Origin: Patescibacteria group bacterium
GTDB lineage: Bacteria; Patescibacteriota; JACPGU01
Length of the DNA: 64,000 nt
NCBI GenBank assembly: GCA_022703645.1
Contig: JAKLDG010000001.1
Location: forward strand, 75,756 to 139,755
Direction of reading: 5' to 3'
Shown: in pieces, positions 28,756 to 38,786 of the stretch
How positions within the stretch are numbered: position 1 is the first letter of the stretch
How the letters are laid out: each line of letters starts with the position of its first letter
Notes under the pieces: generated by a model
Databases searched by the model: none
What the model was told of the DNA's origin: nothing
What the model saw: the letters and a program-made list of their open reading frames with translations, nothing else
Program-made: the position numbers and the translations under genes

Positions 28756-28860
28756 ACTGGTATTATAGCAAAAAAAGGCTTAAAGTGCGAGTAGTTTTAA
28801 AAAATATTGGTATTGCCGCAAAAACATAGTATACTTTAATAAAATCAGTAACTATTTTTT

Positions 28861-29796
28861 ATGAAGAAAACTATTTTGACCGGGTTTCAACCGACAGGCG
28901 CAATTCATATTGGGAATTATCTTGCTGTAATGGCAGGGATTAGGCAGCAGCAAGAACAATATGATTGCTATTTTTTTATTGCAGATTGGCATTCTTTAAC
29001 AGTTGATTATAAGGTTGAAGAAAAAAGAGCAATGATTAAAGATCTGATAGCGATACTTCTTGCTTCAGGATTGGATCCGGAAAAATGTGTATTTTTCCGT
29101 CAATCAGATATTCTGGAGCATGCTGAGTTGGCGTGGTATTTCAATTGTGTGACTCCAATATCATTTCTGGAGAGAATGACGCAATACAAAGATAAAGCAG
29201 CTAAGAATGTGAAAAATATTAATGCTGGGCTAATGCTTTACCCCGTGTTAATGGCTGCTGATATTCTAATGTATGATTCTGACCTCATTCCAGTTGGTGT
29301 GGACCAAGTTCAACACATTGAGCTAGCCCGTGATACGGCAAAATTTTTCAATAATAGATTTGGCGAAACTTTTAAAGCACCGGAACCACTTCTTACCGAC
29401 ATGCCAAAGATTATGAGTCTTACCGAACCGACAAAAAAAATGAGTAAAAGCGATAATCCTAAGTCCGCGATTTTAGTTGCGGATGAACCGGAAGTGATAA
29501 TGGAAAAAATCAAGAAAGCCACAGCTGATGAAGTTGGAATAAGTAATTTATTGGGACTTGGAAAAAAATTTATCAAAAACTTTGACGCGGCTGACTACAA
29601 AGATAATAATCTGAAGTTAAAAACAGAATTAGCGCAAGGGTTGGCAGACTATTTTGCTGAAATTCGCGAGAAAAGAAAAGAGTGGTTGACAAAAGATGCG
29701 GAAATCGAGAAAATATTAGCAAAAGGCGCAGAAAAAGCGCGTTCTATTGCGCAGAAAAAAATGGATGATGTAAGAAGAAAAGTGGGGTTAAAATAA
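28861..29796 (+). CDS. trpS: tryptophanyl-tRNA synthetase
   Basis: Class I HIGH motif (TGAIHIGN) and KMSKS motif (KKMSKSD). Confidence 0.9.
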   Translation: MKKTILTGFQPTGAIHIGNYLAVMAGIRQQQEQYDCYFFIADWHSLTVDYKVEEKRAMIKDLIAILLASGLDPEKCVFFRQSDILEHAELAWYFNCVTPISFLERMTQYKDKAAKNVKNINAGLMLYPVLMAADILMYDSDLIPVGVDQVQHIELARDTAKFFNNRFGETFKAPEPLLTDMPKIMSLTEPTKKMSKSDNPKSAILVADEPEVIMEKIKKATADEVGISNLLGLGKKFIKNFDAADYKDNNLKLKTELAQGLADYFAEIREKRKEWLTKDAEIEKILAKGAEKARSIAQKKMDDVRRKVGLK

Positions 29797-29815
29797 TTTA
29801 ATATTAAAACAAAAA

Positions 29816-30412
29816 ATGTTTAGTGAAAAACAATCGCAAGATGAAAGACCAAATCTTGATGAGAAAATAAAAAAATTAGGTTTAAACGAATCTCTCAAAG
29901 AAATAAAAGAGGTTTCTGCGCAAATTGAAGCGCTTGGACTTTTTCATAATGAAGAATTTATAACGCTTTCGAGTGATAAAGATGAAAAAGTCGGACAATA
30001 CTCCAAGGAAGGGGAGTTAAGTAAAGAAGAAAGGGCTAATTATAAACATCTAATGGAATTGCGTAAAAAGCTTATTTTTCGTGCATTAAAGCTTCTGTAT
30101 GATGAATATAACAAAGGAGGTGGTGCGAGCATTACACGTGAGCAAGCTTTTTTATTAGTTCAGTTTACTAGAGTAAAAATGAACGCCCTTTTTGGTAGCG
30201 AACAAGGGACATTGCCGTCATGGAAACAGGATCTTCAACTACAAGCCGAGATAAGATTGCACGAACTTGAACATTTTGCTTCATCAAAACCCTTATCTCG
30301 AGAAAAACAAAATGAGACATTGTGGCAATATGGTTTTATAAATCAAGAAGAATATAGTAAAGAGTCGAAAGAAATAGAGAAATTAAAAGAGCTCCAAAAA
30401 GAAGCTGCTTAA
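29816..30412 (+). CDS. hypothetical protein
   Basis: ORF only. Charged, helical, no recognised domain. Confidence 0.4.
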   Translation: MFSEKQSQDERPNLDEKIKKLGLNESLKEIKEVSAQIEALGLFHNEEFITLSSDKDEKVGQYSKEGELSKEERANYKHLMELRKKLIFRALKLLYDEYNKGGGASITREQAFLLVQFTRVKMNALFGSEQGTLPSWKQDLQLQAEIRLHELEHFASSKPLSREKQNETLWQYGFINQEEYSKESKEIEKLKELQKEAA

Positions 30413-30415
30413 TTA

Positions 30416-31831
30416 TTAATCGAGCTCTTTTTCGAAATGTATTTCAGGATACTTAAGTAATTCTGTTTTAAGTATCTTTTTTATTTGTTGTAGGTCTTGT
30501 TCAGTTCTACCTTCAGCTCTGGCAATTAGAACCGGTTCAGTGTTACTTTGACGCACCAGACACCAACCGTTGTCAAATATGACTCTAGCGCCATCAATAT
30601 CCAGCACTTTGTATTTTTCTTTAAATGAAGCGACGATTTTTGCCACTGTCTCGGTTTTTTTTGATTCTTCGCATTCAAGTCTTAATTCTGGAGTTGCATA
30701 GTATTTTGGAATTGTAGCGAGAATCTGAGACAAAGTTTCTTTAGTCTTAGACAGTATCTCGTAAATCCTTGCTCCGGCATACATAGCATCGTCATAGCCA
30801 TTATTTCCGCGGTCTGCAAAGAATATATGTCCGCTCATTTCCCCTGCCAATAACGCTCCTTCCTCTTTCATTTTGGATTTAATCAAGGAGTGGCCGGTTT
30901 TCCAGATAATCGGCACGCCTCCATGTTGGACAATATCATCGGTTACGGCTTGAGAAGCTTTCACTTCTGTTATAACTTTTGCTCCAGGGGACTCTTCAAG
31001 CGTCTGGCGGGAAAGAATCGTTAAGATCTGGTCGCCATACATAATCTCGCCCTTTTCCGTTACTAATCCGATTCGATCCGCATCTCCGTCAAAAGCGATA
31101 CCAAAATCAGCATTTACCTCAGCCACTTTTGCGATCAAATCAGTCAAGTTTTTTGGAATAGTTGGGTCAGCAATATGATTGGGAAAATTTCCGTCAGGTT
31201 CTTCGTAAAGATTCACGGGCGGATAGCTACCCACCCCTACAATATTTTCATAGAGTTTTTTCCCAACGACACTGCCAACGCCATTGCCATAATCAATAAC
31301 CATCTTTAGTTTCTTATCACCGAGTTTTATATTTTTCAAAACATTTTCAATATAGGCGTCATAGATATTGATTTGTTGGTTTTCGATTGGTAGGAATTGA
31401 TTACTATCAATCCCTACGGAGAATGAATCGTTTTGAATTATTTCTAATAATTTTTGCAGGTTTTCCCCATAAAAAGGTTGGTAGTCGAATGTTACCTTGC
31501 AGCCATTAAAATCTTTTGGGTTATGACTGGCGGTGATCATCATACCGTTTCCACAAGCAAGATGATAAGAGGAGAAATAGAAAACAGGTGATGCTACTAG
31601 TCCTATGTCTAAAACTGCTATTCCGGTCGCATTCAAACCTTCTGTTACGGCTTTTGCGAATTGGGGAGAGGTCAATCTAGCATCTCGTCCAACGATACAT
31701 TGAGATTGGCCGTTTTGTTTTAGGATAGTTCCAAAAGCCATGCCAATGACTTTCATCTTTTCTGTGTCTAAGTCCTTGTCATTCAGGCCGCGGATATCAT
31801 ATGTGCGGAAAATATGGGGATTAATCTGCAT
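30416..31831 (-). CDS. phosphomannomutase/phosphoglucomutase (alpha-D-phosphohexomutase family)
   Basis: Active-site TASHNP, metal-binding FDGDADR and the sugar-binding GEMSGH motif. Confidence 0.85.
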   Translation of the reverse strand: MQINPHIFRTYDIRGLNDKDLDTEKMKVIGMAFGTILKQNGQSQCIVGRDARLTSPQFAKAVTEGLNATGIAVLDIGLVASPVFYFSSYHLACGNGMMITASHNPKDFNGCKVTFDYQPFYGENLQKLLEIIQNDSFSVGIDSNQFLPIENQQINIYDAYIENVLKNIKLGDKKLKMVIDYGNGVGSVVGKKLYENIVGVGSYPPVNLYEEPDGNFPNHIADPTIPKNLTDLIAKVAEVNADFGIAFDGDADRIGLVTEKGEIMYGDQILTILSRQTLEESPGAKVITEVKASQAVTDDIVQHGGVPIIWKTGHSLIKSKMKEEGALLAGEMSGHIFFADRGNNGYDDAMYAGARIYEILSKTKETLSQILATIPKYYATPELRLECEESKKTETVAKIVASFKEKYKVLDIDGARVIFDNGWCLVRQSNTEPVLIARAEGRTEQDLQQIKKILKTELLKYPEIHFEKELD

Positions 31832-31929
31832 GGTTATTTCTTATTGATAATCATTTGTATTAGATAGTACCTTAATAATATAGTTAATATATAGCCAGTT
31901 TGTTATTAGTAATCATTATCAATAATAAA

Positions 31930-32685
31930 CTACTTTTTTGGTAAAGATATAAAAAAGGTCGTTCCTTTTTTTAATTTAGATTCAAACCAAACTTTTCCAC
32001 CGTGGCCTGACACAATCTCATTGACTATATAAAGTCCGAGTCCAGTACCGCCGGAATTTGTGAGAACCGCATTATCGCAGCGATAAAACTTTTCAAAAAT
32101 CTTTTTTTGTTGTGATTTTGGTATTCCAATACCATCATCCTTTATTTTTATCAATACCTTTTTTGCTGTTTCTTTGCAATTAATCTTTACCGTACCGCCA
32201 TCCTTGGAATATTTGACGGCATTATTCACAATATTCTGAAGCGCCTGTTGGATTTTTTCCCTATCGGTTAATATATGGATTGGTTTTTTTGCATTTTGTT
32301 TATAAACAATTTTAACATCTTTGGTATCGCCGGTGATCATCTGCTCTTCGATCACTTTTGCGATTAGATTGGTTAGATTGACTTTTTCAAAAACATAATC
32401 GAATTTACGATGCATGTCTATTCGCGAAATCGTTAATAGGTCTCCGATCAGACGCGACATATTTGAGACACTAACATTTATATCTTGGAGAAAATCTTTT
32501 TGATCAGCAGTTAAATTTTCCAGAGAGCTTTTTTTCATCAATTCAATAGACCACCGAATGGCAGTCAAGGGTGTGCGAAGCTGATGAGAGGCTATAGAAA
32601 CGAATTCATTTTTGGCATTTTCAACCTCTTGAATCTGGGCGAGAAGCTCTTCTCGTGACGGTTGTCTAGGAATATTTAAATTCAT
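31930..32685 (-). CDS. sensor histidine kinase, cytoplasmic (HisKA plus HATPase_c)
   Basis: H-box ASHQLRTPLTAI, an N box and the G2 box GGTGLGLYIV. Confidence 0.8.
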   Translation of the reverse strand: MNLNIPRQPSREELLAQIQEVENAKNEFVSIASHQLRTPLTAIRWSIELMKKSSLENLTADQKDFLQDINVSVSNMSRLIGDLLTISRIDMHRKFDYVFEKVNLTNLIAKVIEEQMITGDTKDVKIVYKQNAKKPIHILTDREKIQQALQNIVNNAVKYSKDGGTVKINCKETAKKVLIKIKDDGIGIPKSQQKKIFEKFYRCDNAVLTNSGGTGLGLYIVNEIVSGHGGKVWFESKLKKGTTFFISLPKK

Positions 32686-32689
32686 ATAG

Positions 32690-33040
32690 TTAGTTTTGGG
32701 ATTCTATTGCTGTTGGTAATTCTTGTCCGGCAGTGCTATTTGGCGCTACTGTTAATGTAAGGAATGCAAAAATGGCTATCAAAAACAATAATATAAAAAG
32801 AAAAATAAAACTAATCTCTCTTTTCAGTTTATAAACTTTTATTTCTTCTTTGGGCAAGCCTTTGGTTTTCTTAATGAAAAGATAGCTGGGCAGAGAAATC
32901 AAGAAGAAATATACCTCAACTATAATAAGCCAGAGGCAGAGAAGGGTCGTTGCGAGATTGCCGGCCATGCGGATTTTTTCTTTGATCCGATAGATGTAGC
33001 TTGAAGTCTTCAAAATCTGATTGAGCCAAAATTTTTCCAT
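32690..33040 (-). CDS. small membrane protein (2 transmembrane helices)
   Basis: ORF with two hydrophobic helices. It lies between the response regulator and the kinase on the same strand. Confidence 0.45.
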   Translation of the reverse strand: MEKFWLNQILKTSSYIYRIKEKIRMAGNLATTLLCLWLIIVEVYFFLISLPSYLFIKKTKGLPKEEIKVYKLKREISFIFLFILLFLIAIFAFLTLTVAPNSTAGQELPTAIESQN

Positions 33041-33047
33041 TTTGTTT

Positions 33048-33407
33048 TTATTTTATCTTTAGTATCTTATTGATCTTTTTTGTAATTTCGGAAAGGTTTG
33101 TTGCTGATTTTATGAAATAATCTATTGCGCCAAGCTTTGTTGCCCGAGCTTTATCTTCATCTTGAGATAGGTTTGTTAGCACAATAACCGGCACTTTAGT
33201 TTTTAATTTTTCTAAGAATTCAAAGCCGTTCATTTTCGGCATCAGCAGGTCGAGGAGTATTAAGTCCGGTTTCGCTTTCTTACAAACTTCTATCCCTACA
33301 GCTCCGTTTTCCGCTGAAAAAACTTGAAAACCAGCAGAGAGTAACTCCATATTAAGAGCTTTCATTAATATTTGGTCGTCTTCGACGACAAGTATTTTTT
33401 TATTCAT
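33048..33407 (-). CDS. single-domain response regulator (CheY-like receiver)
   Basis: Receiver domain with the Asp pocket (VVEDD, LLDLLMP, K near the C-terminus). The start is at the ATG 6 nt after TGTTATAAT. Confidence 0.8.
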   Translation of the reverse strand: MNKKILVVEDDQILMKALNMELLSAGFQVFSAENGAVGIEVCKKAKPDLILLDLLMPKMNGFEFLEKLKTKVPVIVLTNLSQDEDKARATKLGAIDYFIKSATNLSEITKKINKILKIK

Positions 33408-33448
33408 GTTTTTATTATAACAAATCAAATGATTTTGGAAAGATATGT

Positions 33449-34123
33449 TTATTTTTTCTTCTTTGTTATATTCGGTTTTTTTATGTAAAGGGGGAGTGCT
33501 TGAGTTGCTGGCTTTAACTTATTATTGATAATCATTTGCAATAAATAATCAATCCTATTTAACGACGAAACGCTCATAAATTCATTGGAACCCCATGATC
33601 CGCAATGTTTTTTCTGCAGATCGCCAACGGTTAGATCTTCTTTCTTGATCCTATTTGGCAGGTTATTTACGACATCGACAATCTCTATTTTTCCAATCAT
33701 CTTCCCTCTTATAAATCGCGCGAAAAAGACTTCGGTATTTGAAGCAGAAAGAATGGAAACGACATTATTAATCTCTTTTGGTACTTGTGCTGTCAATGTG
33801 TCAATTGAATAAACCGGCACTTTTAACGCATAGCTAATCGTATTTGCGATTACGACTCCAGTCCGAACGCCCGTGAATGTTCCAGGCCCGTTAATAACAC
33901 CGACAGCAGTTAGTTTTTCTGGAGTGACACCCGTAAGGGTGTTTTCTTTTTTTGACATCCTTACGGATGTCATTCCAGATTCCTTTTCTATAAATTTTTT
34001 AATGATTCCAATAATCTTCCGGTTGTTTTCCGGATTGGATTCGATAGTTTTGGTTTGTAGCTTCTTTCCATCCCATAAACCGATTGCTGTTGGGTTGATT
34101 GTAGTATCGATTAATAATATCAT
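33449..34123 (-). CDS. tsaB: tRNA threonylcarbamoyladenosine biosynthesis protein TsaB
   Basis: MILLIDTT...GPGTFTGVRTGV motif of the inactive Kae1 paralog. The longer ORF starts with TTG at 34141. Confidence 0.75.
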   Translation of the reverse strand: MILLIDTTINPTAIGLWDGKKLQTKTIESNPENNRKIIGIIKKFIEKESGMTSVRMSKKENTLTGVTPEKLTAVGVINGPGTFTGVRTGVVIANTISYALKVPVYSIDTLTAQVPKEINNVVSILSASNTEVFFARFIRGKMIGKIEIVDVVNNLPNRIKKEDLTVGDLQKKHCGSWGSNEFMSVSSLNRIDYLLQMIINNKLKPATQALPLYIKKPNITKKKK

Positions 34124-34127
34124 TTTT

Positions 34128-34565
34128 TTATTTTTTACCAAAGTTCTCCACTATCCATTTTTTACCTTTTTGTACTACTTTATGGCCTTCTTTTTTTAGC
34201 GCGGACTTTTGGAACATTATTCCGCCTGGGTATTTATCGTTCAATTCTCCGCCGGTTTTGAGGGTTCTCCAATAGGGGATTCCAAGATCAGCTTCTTCGG
34301 AAGCATTTGCCGCTATCCAGGTAAAAATACCGGTTGTAAGCGGACAGCCAGCTTCGGCTTTGTATTTCTTAGCAATCTTTGTCCGGATATCGCCCGTTGT
34401 GATCACTTTTCCTTTTGGGACTTTTTTCATTATTGCCGCAACATCTTCAGGGCAAGGGATAGCAAGCGTTTTACCGCCCCATCTTTTTGCTTTGTTTCCG
34501 CTAAGTTTTACGACTTTTGGCAAGTCGCCTTTTTTCTTTAATTTTTCAAGCCAAGTTGGTTTCAT
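34128..34565 (-). CDS. MGMT/ATL-family (alkyltransferase-like) protein with PYWRT in place of the PCHRV active site
   Basis: The C-terminus IPYWRTLKTGGEL parallels MGMT's IPCHRVVGSNGSLGGY, with Cys replaced by Tyr-Trp as in ATL proteins. This assignment is tentative. Confidence 0.4.
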   Translation of the reverse strand: MKPTWLEKLKKKGDLPKVVKLSGNKAKRWGGKTLAIPCPEDVAAIMKKVPKGKVITTGDIRTKIAKKYKAEAGCPLTTGIFTWIAANASEEADLGIPYWRTLKTGGELNDKYPGGIMFQKSALKKEGHKVVQKGKKWIVENFGKK

Positions 34566-34598
34566 GGTAAAATTTTTAATTTTATAATTTTATAATTT

Positions 34599-35030
34599 TT
34601 AAAAAATGGTTATTTTTCTCTTATTTTCGTCTAACGATTCAAAACATAAATCAATCTTTTTCTCGGGTAGAATTTCGGAAATTTTATCAGCCCATTCGAT
34701 AGCGATAATATTATGTGGGTCTGACCAGATTTCTTCAACTCCCAAGTCCAAAGCTTGTTCGGGTTCGGTTAAGCGGTAAACATCTAAGTGATAAAAATTC
34801 TTGATTCTTGATTTTTTATTCATGATTCTATACTGTTTCATCAAAACGAATGTTGGGCTGGTTACGTTTTCTTTAACTCCTAATGCCTTTGCCAAAGCTT
34901 GGATAAAGGTCGTTTTTCCCGTTCCCAGGTTTCCATAGAGACACAAAATCTCACCGCCTTTCAATTTTTTGGCAAAATCGGAGGCGATTTTTTGTGTTTG
35001 CTTGCGAGATTTAGAGGTAAATTTTTGCAT
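34599..35030 (-). CDS. tsaE: tRNA threonylcarbamoyladenosine biosynthesis ATPase TsaE
   Basis: P-loop GNLGTGKTT and the SPTF motif. TGATAGAAT lies 6 nt before the ATG. Confidence 0.85.
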   Translation of the reverse strand: MQKFTSKSRKQTQKIASDFAKKLKGGEILCLYGNLGTGKTTFIQALAKALGVKENVTSPTFVLMKQYRIMNKKSRIKNFYHLDVYRLTEPEQALDLGVEEIWSDPHNIIAIEWADKISEILPEKKIDLCFESLDENKRKITIF

Positions 35031-35055
35031 GAGAATATTCTATCACAAAAAAGAC

Positions 35056-36768
35056 TTATTTTCTCAACTTTATTGCTGCTTCAACTAAACCCACAAAAAG
35101 CGGGTTTGGGGAGAGAGGTCGAGAAGTGAATTCAGGATGGAATTGAGAGGCCATGAAAAATGGGTGATCTTTTAGCTCCAAGATCTGCATAATATTTTCT
35201 CCCGGCGCACGTCCTGAAAAGATAATGCCGTTTTCTTCAAACTTTTTTATGTATTTTGGGTTACATTCGTAGCGGTGGCGGAATCTTTCGTGAATGGTTG
35301 TCTTGCTGCCATATAGTTTATATACTTGCGAATCCTTTTTCGCATCGATATCTCTTCCTCCTAATCGCATTGATCCGCCGAGCTGATCAATATTTTTTTG
35401 TCCTGGCAAGATATCTACAACGGGATAAGGAGTTTCTTTATTCATTTCAGTAGAATTAGCATTCTTTAACCCACAAACATTTCTGGCAAATTCGATCAAG
35501 GCGATTTGAAAACCTAAGCAGAGTCCAAGATAGGGAATTCCGTTCTCCCGCGCATACCTCACACATTCAATTTTTCCTTCGGTTCCTCTTTTACCAAATC
35601 CACCAGGTACTATGAGTGCATCAATGCTTTTTAATTCAGAAAGAGCCGGTTTGCCACCATTCTCAATCTTCGTGGTTTCTATCCACTTTATATCAATATC
35701 AGTATCTAGATACGCTCCGCAGTGTTCCAGGGCCTTTATAATACTCGCATATGAATCACGCAGCCCCGTATATTTTCCTGCGATTCCGACAGTCGCTTTG
35801 TTCTTTTTCTTTTTCAGAACCTTCTGTGTGAAATCATCCCATGCATAATTGCCCGCCTTATCTTCTTTTGCTTTGCTGTCGAGCCCGAGTAGTTTCATCA
35901 CTTCGATCTCAAGTTTCTCCTCCCGCATCATTTTTGGTATAAGATAGATGCTTTCCACATCATGCATAGAAAAAACTCTTTCAACGGGAACATTAGTATA
36001 AATACTGATTTTTTCTTTTACCTTTTCTGTTACTGGATTCTCTGCCCGGCAGGCGATAATATCCGGGTGAATTCCCTTTTCCATTAATAGCCTGATGCCC
36101 AGTTGGGCGGCTTTGCTTTTTTGCTCTCCCAAGAACCCTGGTTCAAGCACATAGGTGAGAGCTGCGAAACAGACATTGCCGCGTCCTTCTTCGTAGCTCA
36201 ATTCCCTCAAGGCCTCGACATAATGCGAATTTTCAATATCTCCAATCGTTCCGCCGACTTCTACCAGCACTACATCAGCTCCGGAACTCATTGCTAGCTC
36301 TCTTAAATGACGCTTTATCTCCCCAGTAACATGCGGGATAAATTGAACATCGCGTCCAAGATATTCTCCTTTTCTTTCGCGCTCAAAAATTTTGCTGAAT
36401 ATCTGTCCATTGGTAACAAAACACTGGCGGTTCAGGTTTTTATCCATCATGCGCTCATAAGTTCCCAGATCCATATCACATTCTGTTCCGTCATCTAATA
36501 CAAAGACCTCGCCATGCCGGTAAGGATTAAGCGTGCCAGAATCGATATTCAGATAACCTTCCATTTTTATCGGCATGCATTTCAAACCTTGATTTTCGAG
36601 CAGTTTTGATAGCGAAGAAGAAAATATCCCCTTGCCCAGTCCGGACATAACTGTTCCGGTCACAATAACAAATTTAGTCTTTCCTTTCTTGTAGCCATCC
36701 GGAATTGGCGTGTAGAATTCATGTTCTTCGGTCTTACTAGCGAGCTGTTCAAGTTCTCTTTTTTTCAT
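35056..36768 (-). CDS. pyrG: CTP synthase
   Basis: Synthetase domain (FVIVTGTVMSGLGKG) and a glutamine amidotransferase domain (GLCLGFQ). An AAGGAG ribosome-binding site is present. Confidence 0.9.
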   Translation of the reverse strand: MKKRELEQLASKTEEHEFYTPIPDGYKKGKTKFVIVTGTVMSGLGKGIFSSSLSKLLENQGLKCMPIKMEGYLNIDSGTLNPYRHGEVFVLDDGTECDMDLGTYERMMDKNLNRQCFVTNGQIFSKIFERERKGEYLGRDVQFIPHVTGEIKRHLRELAMSSGADVVLVEVGGTIGDIENSHYVEALRELSYEEGRGNVCFAALTYVLEPGFLGEQKSKAAQLGIRLLMEKGIHPDIIACRAENPVTEKVKEKISIYTNVPVERVFSMHDVESIYLIPKMMREEKLEIEVMKLLGLDSKAKEDKAGNYAWDDFTQKVLKKKKNKATVGIAGKYTGLRDSYASIIKALEHCGAYLDTDIDIKWIETTKIENGGKPALSELKSIDALIVPGGFGKRGTEGKIECVRYARENGIPYLGLCLGFQIALIEFARNVCGLKNANSTEMNKETPYPVVDILPGQKNIDQLGGSMRLGGRDIDAKKDSQVYKLYGSKTTIHERFRHRYECNPKYIKKFEENGIIFSGRAPGENIMQILELKDHPFFMASQFHPEFTSRPLSPNPLFVGLVEAAIKLRK

Positions 36769-36874
36769 AAAAAAATATCTCCTTTCAAACCTTAATAATT
36801 TTGTATGGGGTTTTTTTGGGAGATTACAATATCACTATTTTACTATTAAGACAAAAAAGCGCAAGATACTTTTT

Positions 36875-36897
36875 GGGGCGGGGATAATCCCCGCCCC
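36875..36897. repeat. GC hairpin GGGGCGGGGAT-AA-TCCCCGCCCC; a possible terminator
   Basis: Perfect 10-bp stem. It belongs to the TAGGGGC...GCCCCTA hairpin family. Confidence 0.6.
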
Positions 36898-36904
36898 TAT
36901 AAAT

Positions 36905-37669
36905 TTATTTCACTACATATGTCAAATTCATTGTTACCGTGATCTCCTGTTGTCCGGTTTGGATATCCGGTGCGCTTACAGCTGATCCGCCTCCCATTCC
37001 TGTTGCCTTATCGGCTGTTGCATACATTGGGACAGGAGAGCTGACTCCGCTACCTTCGTAAACGTTTATCAATTTACCAAGTTTTAGCCCTGAAGACGAA
37101 GCCATGTCGTTTGCTTTGGTCTTTGCTTTTTCAATAGCAGATTTCATGGCCTCATTTTTTGCCTTGTCTGGGTTATCAACGCTGAAAGTTAGCTGGCTGA
37201 CAGAATTCGCTCCCAAAGATGTGGCTTTTTGAATTGCCTGGCTAATCTTGGTAAAATCTCTTATCTTTAAAGTTACATTTTGAGTTAATGTATAGCCATC
37301 AATGAAGCTACCTTTATTATCTGTATAATTATATTTTGGTGAAAGATTATAGCTGCTGGTTTGAATATCTTTCTCATCAATTCCCAGAGCTTTCAACTCT
37401 TTAATGATGTTATTCATTTTGTCATTGTTTGCTGAAACGACTTCTTCGGACTTTACCCCTTCCGAGATTAATCCAAGTTGCGCAACAGCGACATCTGGGG
37501 CGACATAGGACTTGCCTTCGCCACTGACAGTAATTGTCCTTGGTTGCATATTATTCGCTCCCATGAAGCCGATATATATTGCGATAGCGCAGCCGACAAT
37601 TATTTCAATTAGCACGATTAGAACCAATACGTAAAGGCGGTTTGAGAGATCAAAACGTTTAGTTTCCAT
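36905..37669 (-). CDS. SIMPL-domain (BP26/OMP28-like, DUF541) protein
   Basis: Transmembrane anchor plus the SIMPL signature ITVSGEGKSYVAPDVA. Confidence 0.7.
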   Translation of the reverse strand: METKRFDLSNRLYVLVLIVLIEIIVGCAIAIYIGFMGANNMQPRTITVSGEGKSYVAPDVAVAQLGLISEGVKSEEVVSANNDKMNNIIKELKALGIDEKDIQTSSYNLSPKYNYTDNKGSFIDGYTLTQNVTLKIRDFTKISQAIQKATSLGANSVSQLTFSVDNPDKAKNEAMKSAIEKAKTKANDMASSSGLKLGKLINVYEGSGVSSPVPMYATADKATGMGGGSAVSAPDIQTGQQEITVTMNLTYVVK

Positions 37670-37728
37670 TTGAAATCCTTTCTAAAAAGTTAATTATTTA
37701 TTGATATTTTTACTTAAATTTAAAGTCT

Positions 37729-37854
37729 TGGAAAATTTTCAATTTTCAATTCTCAATTTCCAATCAATGTGTCAATTCTTCAATTTCTAAATTTTAATTC
37801 ATTGATTCATTGAAAATTCAATGAAAATTGTAAATTGTAAAATTGAAAATTTCC
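37729..37854. repeat. MITE-like AT-rich palindromic repeat, copy flanking the GerMN gene (downstream side)
   Basis: About 95% identical to the copy at 38787..38902 in direct orientation. Confidence 0.8.
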
Positions 37855-37856
37855 TT

Positions 37857-38750
37857 CTATGGTTGTAATATATCTTCGGTTCTTCCACCTATTGAAATAA
37901 CAACATTTTTTACGGTTCCGAACTGTTTGAGCGTCTCAGTAATCTGAGCGCGGATAGCTGAAACTTTACATGAACCGCCGACACCAGCTTGCAGCATATC
38001 ATCGAAATCAGCAGTTGCGGTATAGTTTTTTATCGTTACACTATTTAGTTTAACCCCAGTATTTATTGAGGAATAAAATCCGTTCTTGGCTTCATCTTTT
38101 GTTGGGCCTTTTAGCAGTTCTTGCAATGCCACATTTGCAGTATCTTTTGCCCAGCCGACTCTGCGAGTGGTTTCAAAAACTTTATTGCAATTCATTGTAT
38201 TCGGGTCTTTGATAGAATTGCTAAAATATACTTTTATATACATAGACTGCACATAACCGAATTTGACCGGAATAGTAACTTTATCTATTTCAGAACCATC
38301 TTTCGCGGAATACTGAAAAACTTCTAAAATTCCATCGGATCCTTTTGGTTGAGGGTAATTCATCTCTTTATTAAATAAATTAAATTCTCCAGCATCTCCC
38401 GGCAAAGTCATTCCAGATTCTTCTGCGAGAATATTCCCGCCTTTTTCTTTCAATCTTACTATATATGTCGATTCAAATACCCGCGCTTCTCCTAATATTT
38501 TCAAAGGCAGCCCAATAGTCTCGCCTTTTTTTGGTGAGAAAATATGGATATTTGTTGAACTATTATCACTTGTTATGGTCTTGTCCACTGTCGATAAATC
38601 CTGCGTGCTCTCCTTTGTTTGTTCTTGAGTAGTTGTTTGCGCGGCATCTTTTTTGGTAACCGCAGAAAAATAACCCATATAAGCTACAATAGCAAGAAGA
38701 CAGATGACGAGGATGATGATTAAGATGGCTTCAAGGTTGGTTTTCTTCAT
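37857..38750 (-). CDS. GerMN-domain protein (Ig-like domain plus GerMN, membrane-anchored)
   Basis: The C-terminus VALQELLKGPT...GGSCKVSAIRAQITETLKQF is the GerMN signature. There is an N-terminal transmembrane helix. Confidence 0.65.
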   Translation of the reverse strand: MKKTNLEAILIIILVICLLAIVAYMGYFSAVTKKDAAQTTTQEQTKESTQDLSTVDKTITSDNSSTNIHIFSPKKGETIGLPLKILGEARVFESTYIVRLKEKGGNILAEESGMTLPGDAGEFNLFNKEMNYPQPKGSDGILEVFQYSAKDGSEIDKVTIPVKFGYVQSMYIKVYFSNSIKDPNTMNCNKVFETTRRVGWAKDTANVALQELLKGPTKDEAKNGFYSSINTGVKLNSVTIKNYTATADFDDMLQAGVGGSCKVSAIRAQITETLKQFGTVKNVVISIGGRTEDILQP

Positions 38751-38786
38751 AAGTTTATTATAGCAGAAATATTGTTTATTACTAAT

